From Eubacteriales bacterium (GTDB taxonomy: Bacteria; Bacillota; Clostridia; Oscillospirales; CAG-272): 48,034 nt of DNA. The notes beneath the pieces are model-generated. The model worked only from the letters and a program-made list of their open reading frames with translations, was not told the origin of the DNA and did no database searches. The position numbers and the translations under genes were made by a program. Location: contig JBGVKV010000007.1 of the NCBI GenBank assembly GCA_045123975.1, positions 1 through 48,034 of the forward strand. The letters run 5' to 3'. This document shows, one piece after another, positions 27,923 to 36,834 of the stretch (position 1 is its first letter; every line of letters begins with the position of its first letter).

Positions 27923-29328
27923 TCGTTTTCCACCTCTTTATAGAGATCCCTGTATTTGGTGAGCATTATATTGTAGCGAAAATGCTCGTACGCGCGTTTT
28001 TGTCCGATTTCGCCCATCTTCAGGCGCAATTCTCTGGATTCACACAAAAGCTCCATAGCATCCGCCAGCTTTTCACGCTGCATGGGCGGCGCAAAATACC
28101 CGGCCTTTCCCAGCGCATCGCCGGGCTTTCCGTTGAGAAGTTCACTGCAGCATCCCACGTCCGTCGTCACCGCAGGACGCCTTGCCGCAAAAGATTCAAG
28201 CACGGACAGCGGCTGCCCCTCGGAAATGCTTGTCAGAAGCGTAAAGTCCAGTTTTTCAAAATACTCAATGATGTTCACACGTCCTGTGAAGATGATCTTA
28301 TCCTCCAGATTCAGCTGTTTAACAAGCGCATAACATTCCTCGGCATATTCCGGATCGTCCACACCACCCATGATATGGAGACGCACGTTATCTTTTCTGG
28401 CACACAGCTCAAAAAAGGCGTAGATCATCGTTTTGATATCCTTGATCGGTGCCAGACGGACAACCGCACCGATATCCACCATACCGTCATCCTCTTTCAG
28501 CGGTATATCGCACAGCCGCTCGTAGCTGATACCGTTTTCTATGACTCTGCATTTGGATGCGTCGCATCCCATATCGATCTGTGTATGCATAGCCCTTGTA
28601 AACAGCGAGGTGACGCGAAACGCCCTCTTGTAGGTCAAGTCGGAGAGCATATAGAAGAAATCAATCCAGTGGGGCTTGAACGCTCTCGCTACCCACTTGG
28701 CACGGATGATCTCCTCTTCTCTTTCTCTTGTATAAATGCCGTGCTCCGTGAGAAGCATGGGCTTTTTCTTAATATAAGCCGCCATGGACGCAAGCAGTCC
28801 GCCATATCCCGTACAGATAGCATGATAGCAGTCCGCATCCGGTATCTTCGATCCCAACAGGTAAAGCACCGGCAAAAGGCGGGATCGCACGGAATGGAAT
28901 GTGTCGGAAAAAGCGATAAACGGGAAATCCTTTCGGCAGGTTTCCGTCAGGATCTCAAGAAAGCTTTCGCTTTTGAGATAGGCCATCGGATTGATCCGCT
29001 TCACCTGGTACATCTCAAAAAGAAGATCCCAATCCGGCTTATCCGAGGAAACGAGTCGGCGAAGAGCCTCCTTTTCCTTTTCGGTAAAGCTGTGGTTAAA
29101 GATGCCGGAATCCTTCACGCGCAAAGCATCGTCCAGAAACACCTGCTCCACCTGGACCACATTTTCCGGCAGAGTATAGACAAACTTATCCCTGTCCTCT
29201 GCCTTGGCACCGATTACCCAAAGCACAAATTCATGCTCAGGCATCTCGGTTATATATTGATGCATCCAAGTGGAAACGCCGCCGTTGACGTACGGATAAC
29301 AGCCTTCCAAAACCAAACAGATCCTCAC
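27898..29328 (-). CDS. pelF: GT4 glycosyltransferase PelF
   Basis: EG.YPYV.GGVS.W, HAICTGYGG, LTEHGIYTRER, PIKDIKTMI, TSISEGQPL..LE, TDVG. Confidence 0.95.
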   Translation of the reverse strand: MRICLVLEGCYPYVNGGVSTWMHQYITEMPEHEFVLWVIGAKAEDRDKFVYTLPENVVQVEQVFLDDALRVKDSGIFNHSFTEKEKEALRRLVSSDKPDWDLLFEMYQVKRINPMAYLKSESFLEILTETCRKDFPFIAFSDTFHSVRSRLLPVLYLLGSKIPDADCYHAICTGYGGLLASMAAYIKKKPMLLTEHGIYTREREEEIIRAKWVARAFKPHWIDFFYMLSDLTYKRAFRVTSLFTRAMHTQIDMGCDASKCRVIENGISYERLCDIPLKEDDGMVDIGAVVRLAPIKDIKTMIYAFFELCARKDNVRLHIMGGVDDPEYAEECYALVKQLNLEDKIIFTGRVNIIEYFEKLDFTLLTSISEGQPLSVLESFAARRPAVTTDVGCCSELLNGKPGDALGKAGYFAPPMQREKLADAMELLCESRELRLKMGEIGQKRAYEHFRYNIMLTKYRDLYKEVENEWPGSVSN

Positions 29329-29337
29329 GATATACTC

Positions 29338-31197
29338 CTATTTCAATGTAATGTCAACCACGTTCTCCGTCGCCGAAAGCAAATACAGTCCGCCCGTCAG
29401 GTGCACAAGCGTTCCGCCCTGCACGTCGCCGGGCACTTTTTCATTAAAACGCACGAGAAGCTGTGCCTCATCGTAAAAATTATCAATCGTTATTCTCACA
29501 ACGTCCTCGTCCACCGCAGTGTGCGGCGCGACAGCAACGTATCTCTGCACAGCGGCAGAGGCTTCCGAACCGGTCATATTCCGAAGTCCGGACGCAGAGG
29601 AATACAGCCATGTCAGATAGCCGTCAAAGCGGCGCTTCATTTCCGTCCAGCCAAGCTCCGCACCGCGCTCAGGGTCCAAAGCATCGTCGGGGTGCGTAAA
29701 GTGGGAATTGACAAAATGCATATTCAGCTCCGAAACGGAGGCAATATTCAAAAAGTCATCCATAATGAAACCGTACACAATACGGGGCTCGTCAACGACG
29801 CCGTTTTTGTTCACGTCGAATTCCTGCATACAGCCGAAGCCCAACTCCTCATCGGCGGCATCATCAAAGTAAATGCCGGAGATGGTTTTTATATGGGGAT
29901 ACTCCTCCAGCAAGAACGCCCGTCCCTCCTCAGACAACAGATTGGACGGCGGAACGTACAAGGAAAACTCGGTGTCGGAGAAAAGAGACTCACACAGTGC
30001 CACAAGCTCGTCAAACGCGGCTTTCATGGCTGCTTCGGACTTCCAGGTTTTGTAGTCGTAGTTTTCGTTATACTTTCGGTTGCCCAGCACAAGCGGCTGA
30101 TGGTTGTAGCCGTGATAGCCAAGCTCGCCGCCCTTTCGGAGAATCATATTACCGAAATTCAGAAACGTACCGGTGTCGGGCAGCGCATCGGTGGTTCCGT
30201 CCACGGAATCGTCATAGGACTCGATGGCAAGACCGGTATATTTCAGCCCGAATTTGTCGGCGAAGTTCATCATATCCGGCCACCAGATGTTGATGTAGAA
30301 ATCCCGGATCGTCGTATGATAATCCCGCTGGATGTACTCGCTGTTTCCGCTGGGAATCTGGGACGGGAAATCATCCAGATAGAAGGTAGAGGCGTTAATG
30401 ACGGGATAGACGCACACATCGGCAAGAAGGCTGTAGGAAGCCGCATAAAAGCCTCGCACCGATTTATCGTATATACCGATATTATCAATGACGAACACGC
30501 CTTCTCCGTAATCGGCACGCCATACAAGCGGCACACCGTCCTCGGTATTGGCAGTTGCGTAAACCGTTGTGGTTTCCTTGGCAAGCACTGCCGTTCTCGC
30601 TGATTCAAAGGGATCCGGTATGGCAAAAGCCCGACCGCCGCCGATCATAAAACCGTCATGCAGATATATACTCTCCACCGTATAGTAACTCGGCGCAAGC
30701 GCATCGATACCGATCATTTGCGCAATTGCGGAAGAATGCGCATTGGTTTCCAAGGTCAATGGAAACCACGCAGCTCCGCCATCATGCACCCATTCACAAA
30801 GAGTCATCACCTCGTCTCCCATAGGAGCAAGGTCGGTGAGCAAAACAATAACCTCCGAAAACGCGTCAAAGGCAGGCATTTTTTCCGTAGCAAGATCCCT
30901 TACCGTATACCCAACCTTCATATCATCCAGAATCACGCAGAACTGCGCGTAGGCAATATTGGAGGACTCGTCCCGGCTGTCTCGCAAAAGGAGCGCCCTT
31001 TCGGGAAGAGTGGCACATACTTCCTCTTTTGTAAAAATACTCTCCCGGGGCAGCATCTCCAGCCCTCTTTCATAACGGTTCGTGCGGATACCGCTCAATT
31101 CTACGAACAGTATGAAGGCAATAACCGTAAACACAAGCAAAATAACAAGGATTCCCTTAAAACTGAATTTACGGAACCGATGTATCAGTTCGCCCAA
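29338..31197 (-). CDS. DUF2194 protein (Gram-positive PelA deacetylase-like)
   Basis: N-terminal TM helix. FYLDDFP, WWPDM, GELGYHGYNHQPL, YVPPSN.LS, SHF.HPDD.LD..RG. Lies between pelE-like and pelF genes. Confidence 0.85.
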   Translation of the reverse strand: MGELIHRFRKFSFKGILVILLVFTVIAFILFVELSGIRTNRYERGLEMLPRESIFTKEEVCATLPERALLLRDSRDESSNIAYAQFCVILDDMKVGYTVRDLATEKMPAFDAFSEVIVLLTDLAPMGDEVMTLCEWVHDGGAAWFPLTLETNAHSSAIAQMIGIDALAPSYYTVESIYLHDGFMIGGGRAFAIPDPFESARTAVLAKETTTVYATANTEDGVPLVWRADYGEGVFVIDNIGIYDKSVRGFYAASYSLLADVCVYPVINASTFYLDDFPSQIPSGNSEYIQRDYHTTIRDFYINIWWPDMMNFADKFGLKYTGLAIESYDDSVDGTTDALPDTGTFLNFGNMILRKGGELGYHGYNHQPLVLGNRKYNENYDYKTWKSEAAMKAAFDELVALCESLFSDTEFSLYVPPSNLLSEEGRAFLLEEYPHIKTISGIYFDDAADEELGFGCMQEFDVNKNGVVDEPRIVYGFIMDDFLNIASVSELNMHFVNSHFTHPDDALDPERGAELGWTEMKRRFDGYLTWLYSSASGLRNMTGSEASAAVQRYVAVAPHTAVDEDVVRITIDNFYDEAQLLVRFNEKVPGDVQGGTLVHLTGGLYLLSATENVVDITLK

Positions 31198-32063
31198 AAC
31201 GCAATCGCCTCCTTTGTTTTCGACGACAAGTACACGTGGCTGTTTTCTGTCTGAGTGATGAATTCCCGGATCTCCTCACCCTTGCGCACAGAGGCAAGAT
31301 ACTGAAGGCGTAAAAGAATATATTCTTCCGAGTCCGGCCATTTTTCACCCATAACCCCGATAACTTCACCGGCGTCATCAAAATTTTTCCGTTTCAGCTC
31401 GTTTTCCGCAAGGCGTGCATAATCCTCGATATTGTCACATGCCTGGATTTTGTCGCGCATCAGCTGAGAAAACAGCTGCCGATTCATAACCTCCACCTGT
31501 CCCTGCATCAAATTCTGGGACAGACAGCTCCACAGAAAGTCGCAATACTCTGCAAGGACTTCCCTGTTATCCGGATCGGCGGCATGAGCCGCCTCCAATT
31601 TCTGGAGCATGTAATCGTTTTCCTTGGATAATTCCACCATGGCAGTAACGGCATAGTGAACAACCTCTGTATCCTCGTTGTTTCCCGCTTTCTGCAGAAA
31701 CTCCACGTAATCGCCCGGATTGTCGTTCAGTACGTCCATAATGAGCGAGCGCCGCTCTCTTGCAGAATTGATAAGGAGAGCCTCTTCAATAGGCACGGTC
31801 ATATCCGTCCTCTTGTCATCCACCGTTACACTACGGTACAACTCCGATTCAAGCTTCAGCTTTTCCACGCCTATCTCCGCACAATCCTCGGGGTTGAACC
31901 CGAGTCGGAAATGCAGAACCAGCACGATCAGCACGCCCCAGAACGGAAGAAGCAGTGCAACAAAAAACATATATTTATGTACCGAAAGAACTCGGAACAA
32001 GATTCCGACAAGCACAAGCAGACATACAAATATATGTACTGCCGCAAGTATCAGGTAGATCAT
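31185..32063 (-). CDS. PelE-like protein
   Basis: Two N-terminal TM helices, VPIEEAL, N.DTEVVHYA, helical TPR-like C-terminus. Position in the pel cluster. Confidence 0.75.
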   Translation of the reverse strand: MIYLILAAVHIFVCLLVLVGILFRVLSVHKYMFFVALLLPFWGVLIVLVLHFRLGFNPEDCAEIGVEKLKLESELYRSVTVDDKRTDMTVPIEEALLINSARERRSLIMDVLNDNPGDYVEFLQKAGNNEDTEVVHYAVTAMVELSKENDYMLQKLEAAHAADPDNREVLAEYCDFLWSCLSQNLMQGQVEVMNRQLFSQLMRDKIQACDNIEDYARLAENELKRKNFDDAGEVIGVMGEKWPDSEEYILLRLQYLASVRKGEEIREFITQTENSHVYLSSKTKEAIAFWAN

Positions 32064-32075
32064 AATTTGCCTTTC

Positions 32076-34862
32076 TTATTTCAGTACGGTAGCAGTGATG
32101 TCCAATCCTTCAAATCGAGGCAGTATAAATTCCAGGTCTTTCTCCGTTGCCTGTGAAAGAATGAGCCGCAGTTTTCCCTCGGCTGTAATGCCGAGAATAT
32201 CGGTAATACGGATTTTTCCGGCAAGCATGACGTCCGCTTCTTCCATGGTATGCCCTCTCAAATCGAACTCCATCAGTATGTAGGAGGACACCTTTTTCTC
32301 AGCAAGCGCGGCAAAATTCCTTGCACATTCTTCAAAGTACTCCGTGTTCATAATGCGGGTATTGCCGATATACTGCTTCTCCGTCAAAGCGGTACTGTAA
32401 TCATACGCCCGGAGCAGCGACATCTGCACCAGATCCCGCAGAATCTTGAACAGATTCACATAATAAAGGGATCTCTGGTCTATGTTCGCGTGCCACAGAA
32501 AAATCATCATTACCAGTTCATTGCCCCGATATACACCGGCAGCATACATGGGATATTCCCCGCTCAGGGAGGTGTTTTTCCATATTCCCCCTTCCTTCAG
32601 CTGCTCAACGACCGGTGCGTACGCATCCATGGAAACGGATCGGGAAGCGATATCAAGAAGGTCTCTCGAGGCAACTTCCAAACGGCCAAAGGGTGTGCCC
32701 GGCTTTACGGAATATACGGTAATGCTTTTATTTTCAAGGATTTCCTCGAAGGTTTCAATGATCCGCAAATACAGCTGCTGGGGTGCAACGGTGTTCAGCC
32801 TTCTCGTAATATCAAAGACTTTGCCAAAGCTGTCTTTGGAGGAAATAATCTGCTTTTTCAGTTCTTTTTTATCCCGCAGTGTATCTTCGTGGATCTCACT
32901 GGTAAAAATCAGTTTGTTTTCCAGAAGTTTATTCTGCTCTTCCAGATATCTGCCGCGATCCTCTTTTTTCAGATTCACGTAGCCGCACAGTCCTCCCACC
33001 AAAAAGAAGAACACGAAAGCGAGCCAGTTGGTAGGCTCATAAAAGATCGTAAGCGGATCGGTACCCGCCATAACACGGGCGATAAAGTAAGAAACACTGC
33101 TGAGTGCGGCCGACGCAATACCGAAGGAGAGACCGTACAGCGTTGCCATAATCACGATGAATATGATACGGAAATCCACGATGGAGAAAATAACCGCGGA
33201 ATCCGTAATGTACATAAAGAATTCGGACAGCAAGAACAGCAGAACGAGTTCAACCGTCTTCAAAAACAGGGAATGAGCGGCTGCCCATTCCTTCAGTTTA
33301 TCAAGGAACGTGACTTTTCTCTCCTGCTTTGTGCTCAGATACAGCGCATACTGGTCCCGCAGATCCTCAAGAATGGATATTTTCGCAAACCATCCGTATT
33401 CGCTTCGCAGCGCGGTATTGACGGCGTTCAGGGATCCGGAAGAATGGGTTTCCGTAAATTCCGTTTTGGCATACTCCGCCAACTCGGTAAGTCTTTCCGC
33501 CAAATCGGCAAACGTGATGTGGAATTCATCTCCCACACTTAAAATACCGCTGCCGCCCTTCCAGTTATCCACAATACGGGCTATCAGATCCGACAGATCT
33601 CCCAGAGAAAGGAAATGCATTTTGGATGTGGAAGCTTCCGGAATCCGTACGGTTTTCTTATTGTACAGATCTTCGAAAACACCGTAAAGAAAATCCTTTT
33701 TATATGTACCGGAATACAGATAGGGTATCTGCACCGTTTTGATATCCAGCCCGTGTTTTTTCGAGTAAAGCTCGCACAGTTTCTCACTCGCTGATGCCAA
33801 TATGGATTTATCGGTCTTTTCCTGCAGCGATGAATCGATGGAGGACAGATACAGAATCTTGACCTTCTTTTGCAGTTCCGAGGCGTATTTCAGAACCTCG
33901 CTCAACTCCTCCGCGTCATTCTGCACCGCAGAACGGAAACGCAGCCCGGCGGAAAAGTACACAATCAGATCAAATCCGTAAGTTTCCAGAATAGCCTTCA
34001 CCGACGGCTTGCGTACACGGAACAACTTGATCTTATCCGCACTGCCAAGCTCCGTGTTGCCAACCACCATAACCTTGCTCTGCGGGAACGTGGTTTCCAC
34101 AAACTCTTTGGTAATATACTCCGTGTTGCCGATCAGCAAAACCCGCTTCAGGCGAATGCTTGTATATTCTTCGACGATGCTTCTGTTTTTCAGCACGTTC
34201 TCGCGGAACGCCACCAGGGAACGATGATTGACCACGCGCATAAGGCACTCAACCAGCACTTCGTCAAACATACCGCACATTCCGCTTGCAATCATCTGCA
34301 GCGCAACGTCCTGAGAAAAAGCGTCCTTATAAGCACGGGAGCTTGTCAGCGCATCGTAGGAGTCCGCAAGTGCCACAACCTGTGCCCAAAGCGGGATCTC
34401 CTCTCCCCGCAGTCCATCGGGATAGCCCGTACCGTCGACTCTCTCGTGGTGATATCTGGCGATTTGCGCTGCATATTCGACAATCTTCCCGTCCACATCA
34501 CCCGGCCGTGCATCGCGAATGATCTTTTCACCGAAGGCGGAGTGTTTTTTTACAATATCGTATTCCAAAGGAGACAAAGTCCCCGGATAGTTCAGAATGC
34601 TTTGCGGAATCTGCATTTTACCGATATCGTGAAGTGACGAAGCAACGGCTATGGCCTCAATATCCGTCTCAGAAAGGCCGCTGTCCGATTTGTACGTGCA
34701 CCACTCGCGCAAAATAAGCTCTGTAAGAATCCTTACGTGGTAAATGTGATAGCCGCTTTCGCCATTCAGAACCGGAGCAATTGCACTCTCTTCAACATAT
34801 TCAATTTTCAATCCGGTCAGCGCATCTTCTATGTAATATACCAAAATCGGACTACCGCGCAT
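32076..34862 (-). CDS. HD-GYP phosphodiesterase fused to Gram-positive-type PelD (degenerate SDR, TM, GAF, degenerate GGDEF)
   Basis: LHDIGK, HHERVDGTGYPDGL, ADSYDALTS.RAYK, then an SDR-like region (RVLLIG...ILYLSS), a TM bundle, QIISSKDSFGKV, a GAF-like region and a C-terminal R-I-T-D (RxxD). SD AAGGAG. Confidence 0.85.
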   Translation of the reverse strand: MRGSPILVYYIEDALTGLKIEYVEESAIAPVLNGESGYHIYHVRILTELILREWCTYKSDSGLSETDIEAIAVASSLHDIGKMQIPQSILNYPGTLSPLEYDIVKKHSAFGEKIIRDARPGDVDGKIVEYAAQIARYHHERVDGTGYPDGLRGEEIPLWAQVVALADSYDALTSSRAYKDAFSQDVALQMIASGMCGMFDEVLVECLMRVVNHRSLVAFRENVLKNRSIVEEYTSIRLKRVLLIGNTEYITKEFVETTFPQSKVMVVGNTELGSADKIKLFRVRKPSVKAILETYGFDLIVYFSAGLRFRSAVQNDAEELSEVLKYASELQKKVKILYLSSIDSSLQEKTDKSILASASEKLCELYSKKHGLDIKTVQIPYLYSGTYKKDFLYGVFEDLYNKKTVRIPEASTSKMHFLSLGDLSDLIARIVDNWKGGSGILSVGDEFHITFADLAERLTELAEYAKTEFTETHSSGSLNAVNTALRSEYGWFAKISILEDLRDQYALYLSTKQERKVTFLDKLKEWAAAHSLFLKTVELVLLFLLSEFFMYITDSAVIFSIVDFRIIFIVIMATLYGLSFGIASAALSSVSYFIARVMAGTDPLTIFYEPTNWLAFVFFFLVGGLCGYVNLKKEDRGRYLEEQNKLLENKLIFTSEIHEDTLRDKKELKKQIISSKDSFGKVFDITRRLNTVAPQQLYLRIIETFEEILENKSITVYSVKPGTPFGRLEVASRDLLDIASRSVSMDAYAPVVEQLKEGGIWKNTSLSGEYPMYAAGVYRGNELVMMIFLWHANIDQRSLYYVNLFKILRDLVQMSLLRAYDYSTALTEKQYIGNTRIMNTEYFEECARNFAALAEKKVSSYILMEFDLRGHTMEEADVMLAGKIRITDILGITAEGKLRLILSQATEKDLEFILPRFEGLDITATVLK

Positions 34863-34940
34863 GTTGCTATCTCCTTGCTGAAATCATTGCAAATCGTTGT
34901 AATTGTATGTTTTGTAAAAATGTATACCAATCCAAGATAT

Positions 34941-34969
34941 ATTGTACACCCAAAAGCAAAAAAAGTCTA
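34941..34969 (-). promoter_or_regulatory. Putative sigma-A promoter of the pel operon
   Basis: TAGACT-N17-TACAAT. Confidence 0.5.
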
Positions 34970-35060
34970 CATTAATATCGATAAAAAGCATATAAATTCC
35001 TATATATTTCCTACGGATTTTCCCGTCGGACTGTCCGCCCCCTTTCTATGGCTGAAAAAG

Positions 35061-35087
35061 CAAAAAAGAGCCTGTCGGCTCTTTTTG
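35061..35087. terminator. Intrinsic terminator
   Basis: AAAAAGAGCC-tgtc-GGCTCTTTTT. Confidence 0.75.
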
Positions 35088-35222
35088 TTATTTGGTTACG
35101 TCAGACCAAAAAGATGCAGATAAATTCCATCTGAATTTTCAAATCTGCAAATTGAACCAAAAAATCAACGCCGCAGGCTGTTTCTCTCCCGCCTCTTTGA
35201 TCAAGTCGGCTCTTCCAAAATT

Positions 35223-36512
35223 TTAATCAATCTGATTCCGATTCTGTTTGATATTTTTCAGAAGCCTCTCGCTAATCGTCACCCACTGATAGACATACCC
35301 CTCAGACGGAGTTTCTATCAAAATCTCTCCCGTGTCCTTGTATTCCGCAGGAAGATAGGAAATATGACTGTCCCCCCAATCCCATCCAACCGGCACATCG
35401 CCGTCAAAGGTCTGATATGCCCACATCAAACGGACTGGGCTTTTGCTTTGATTAATCCACATATCCGCTGCGCTTCGCAATGTATTCCCGGAACTGAAGC
35501 AGAAGCCGCTCTGATGGAATTCGCTGAGCAGATTGACAATATCGAAAACATAATATGCCGTTCCATCGTACAAATAATTGATGAAATGACCACCGCCTTC
35601 GCCTTCTACAAAGGTCATACCCAACATTCCAACAACATTATAGTCATCCTGAAGCAGATAGGAGGTCAAGCCTGAGCTGGCACCGCAATTTCCTTTGTTC
35701 ACCGCAAAGGTCACCCAAGGGGCGTAGTTGTAGTGCCAATAGATATTTCCACCGCCAATACTGCTATCATACGTTGACAGATCTCCGCTATTCCCTTCAA
35801 ATCCGGAAAGAGCGTAGTAGTACAGGCAGTCCCCCAGCGTCTTGCATGCTGCGGCAACTGTGTCGATGTCCTTACCAACCAGCTGCTCAAACTCTTCTTT
35901 GTTCATGGTAGGCGCCATAGAAGCAGGAATATCATAACTGCTCCAGTTAGCCTGCAGCTGACTCCATGCATACTGGACACGTTCTGTGCGTTGCGCGTCC
36001 TTCAGCTCCTTAATTCGTTCATCGGAAATACGATACCACTCCTCCACATCGGGCGAGACACGGAAAAAGTTGCCGTCCATATCAATGCGCAGTGTTTTTT
36101 CGCCGGCGTTTACAGCCAACAAATGATACATTATGAGATGGCTGTCATCCCGCATATCGGCGCGATGGGGAGGCAGCTTTGACCAATCATCCGCGTGGCC
36201 TTTTACTACCATTTCGTCAAACCCGAACACCGCATTTTCCCGTTGCGAATGCTGCGAAGGGTTCATAATCCGGTAACCGTTTTCAGTAGGAAACAACAAG
36301 CTGTGGTGAACGTTACAGTCCGATTCTCTTCGTACGGTTGCAGCAAGATACTTGATTGTCGGATAATCGTCCGCAAGGAACCATCCCGTTAGGGCTGTAT
36401 AGGTGTCAGGCGCAGTCGCTTCCCGGCGATGAAGGTCAAGCAAAAACTCCACATTCACTTCGAAACCGGAGCTGATACAGTTATAGAAATGTTGTTCAAA
36501 TTGATCCAGGTA
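35223..36512 (-). pseudogene. 5'-truncated transglutaminase-like / cysteine-protease-fold protein
   Basis: GNCGASS...GHFINY..D...YYVFD (Cys-His-Asp order). The frame stays open upstream of the GTG at 36458 (YLDQFEQHFYNCISSGFE) up to TAA at 36515-36513, with no ATG, SD or signal peptide. Confidence 0.55.
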
Positions 36513-36547
36513 TTACCGCACTTCACGGTGCGCTAATGTAAATAAAT

Positions 36548-36700
36548 TGTACGGATCGAAAAGTTGTAAACTGAATAGATCAAGGAAATTCGGTACGAAT
36601 CCGAAACAACCCCCATTTCCGTGTTTGAGTTGTAAGCTCATAAGTCGGAAACCTGTCCGTACATAAAAAGTGAACACATCCTTGGAGAGGAGCGTGTGTT
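36548..36700 (+). ncRNA. Cobalamin riboswitch
   Basis: Closing helix TGTACGGA (36548-55) / TCCGTACA (36656-63). AAGGAAA-TTCGG-tacgaat-CCGAA-ACAACCCCC core, B12-box-like AAGTCGGAAACCTG, and a downstream TCCT-tggag-AGGA hairpin as candidate kissing loop. Upstream of ECF and DUF4430 genes. Confidence 0.85.
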
Positions 36701-36752
36701 CGGAGGCCGCCATACTTGGCGGTACTTTTCCGGCACGCTCTTTTTTGTTTTT
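36690..36752 (+). terminator. Riboswitch expression-platform terminator
   Basis: GAGCGTGT..CGGAG-GCCGCCA-tact-TGGCGGT..TTCCG-GCACGCTC followed by TTTTTTGTTTTT. Competes with GAACAC/GTGTTC pairing. Confidence 0.65.
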
Positions 36753-36834
36753 GCCGGATATTCAGGAAGGAGAAAAAACGCTCTTCTCACTTTAGCATCC
36801 CCAAAAACAAATGAAAAAAGAAAGGAATTGTGTT

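Noticed and set aside
27982..30603. 873-aa plus-strand ORF, and similar long antisense ORFs over rnf, EAL, pelD and ECF genes
   Set aside because: Antisense shadows of well-supported genes, with no SD or family motifs.
34863..35222. Searched for a c-di-GMP riboswitch upstream of the pel operon
   Set aside because: No GEMM-type GGCAAA...GACGCAAAG motif on either strand.
36527..36553. GGTGCGCTAATGTAAATAAATTG resembles the E. coli dif left arm
   Set aside because: Needs a gap, the XerD arm does not match, and Firmicute dif sites differ. Probably chance.
36696..36834. ORF-track start of the 1028-aa protein
   Set aside because: Lies inside the riboswitch expression platform. The signal peptide starts at 36835 in another frame.
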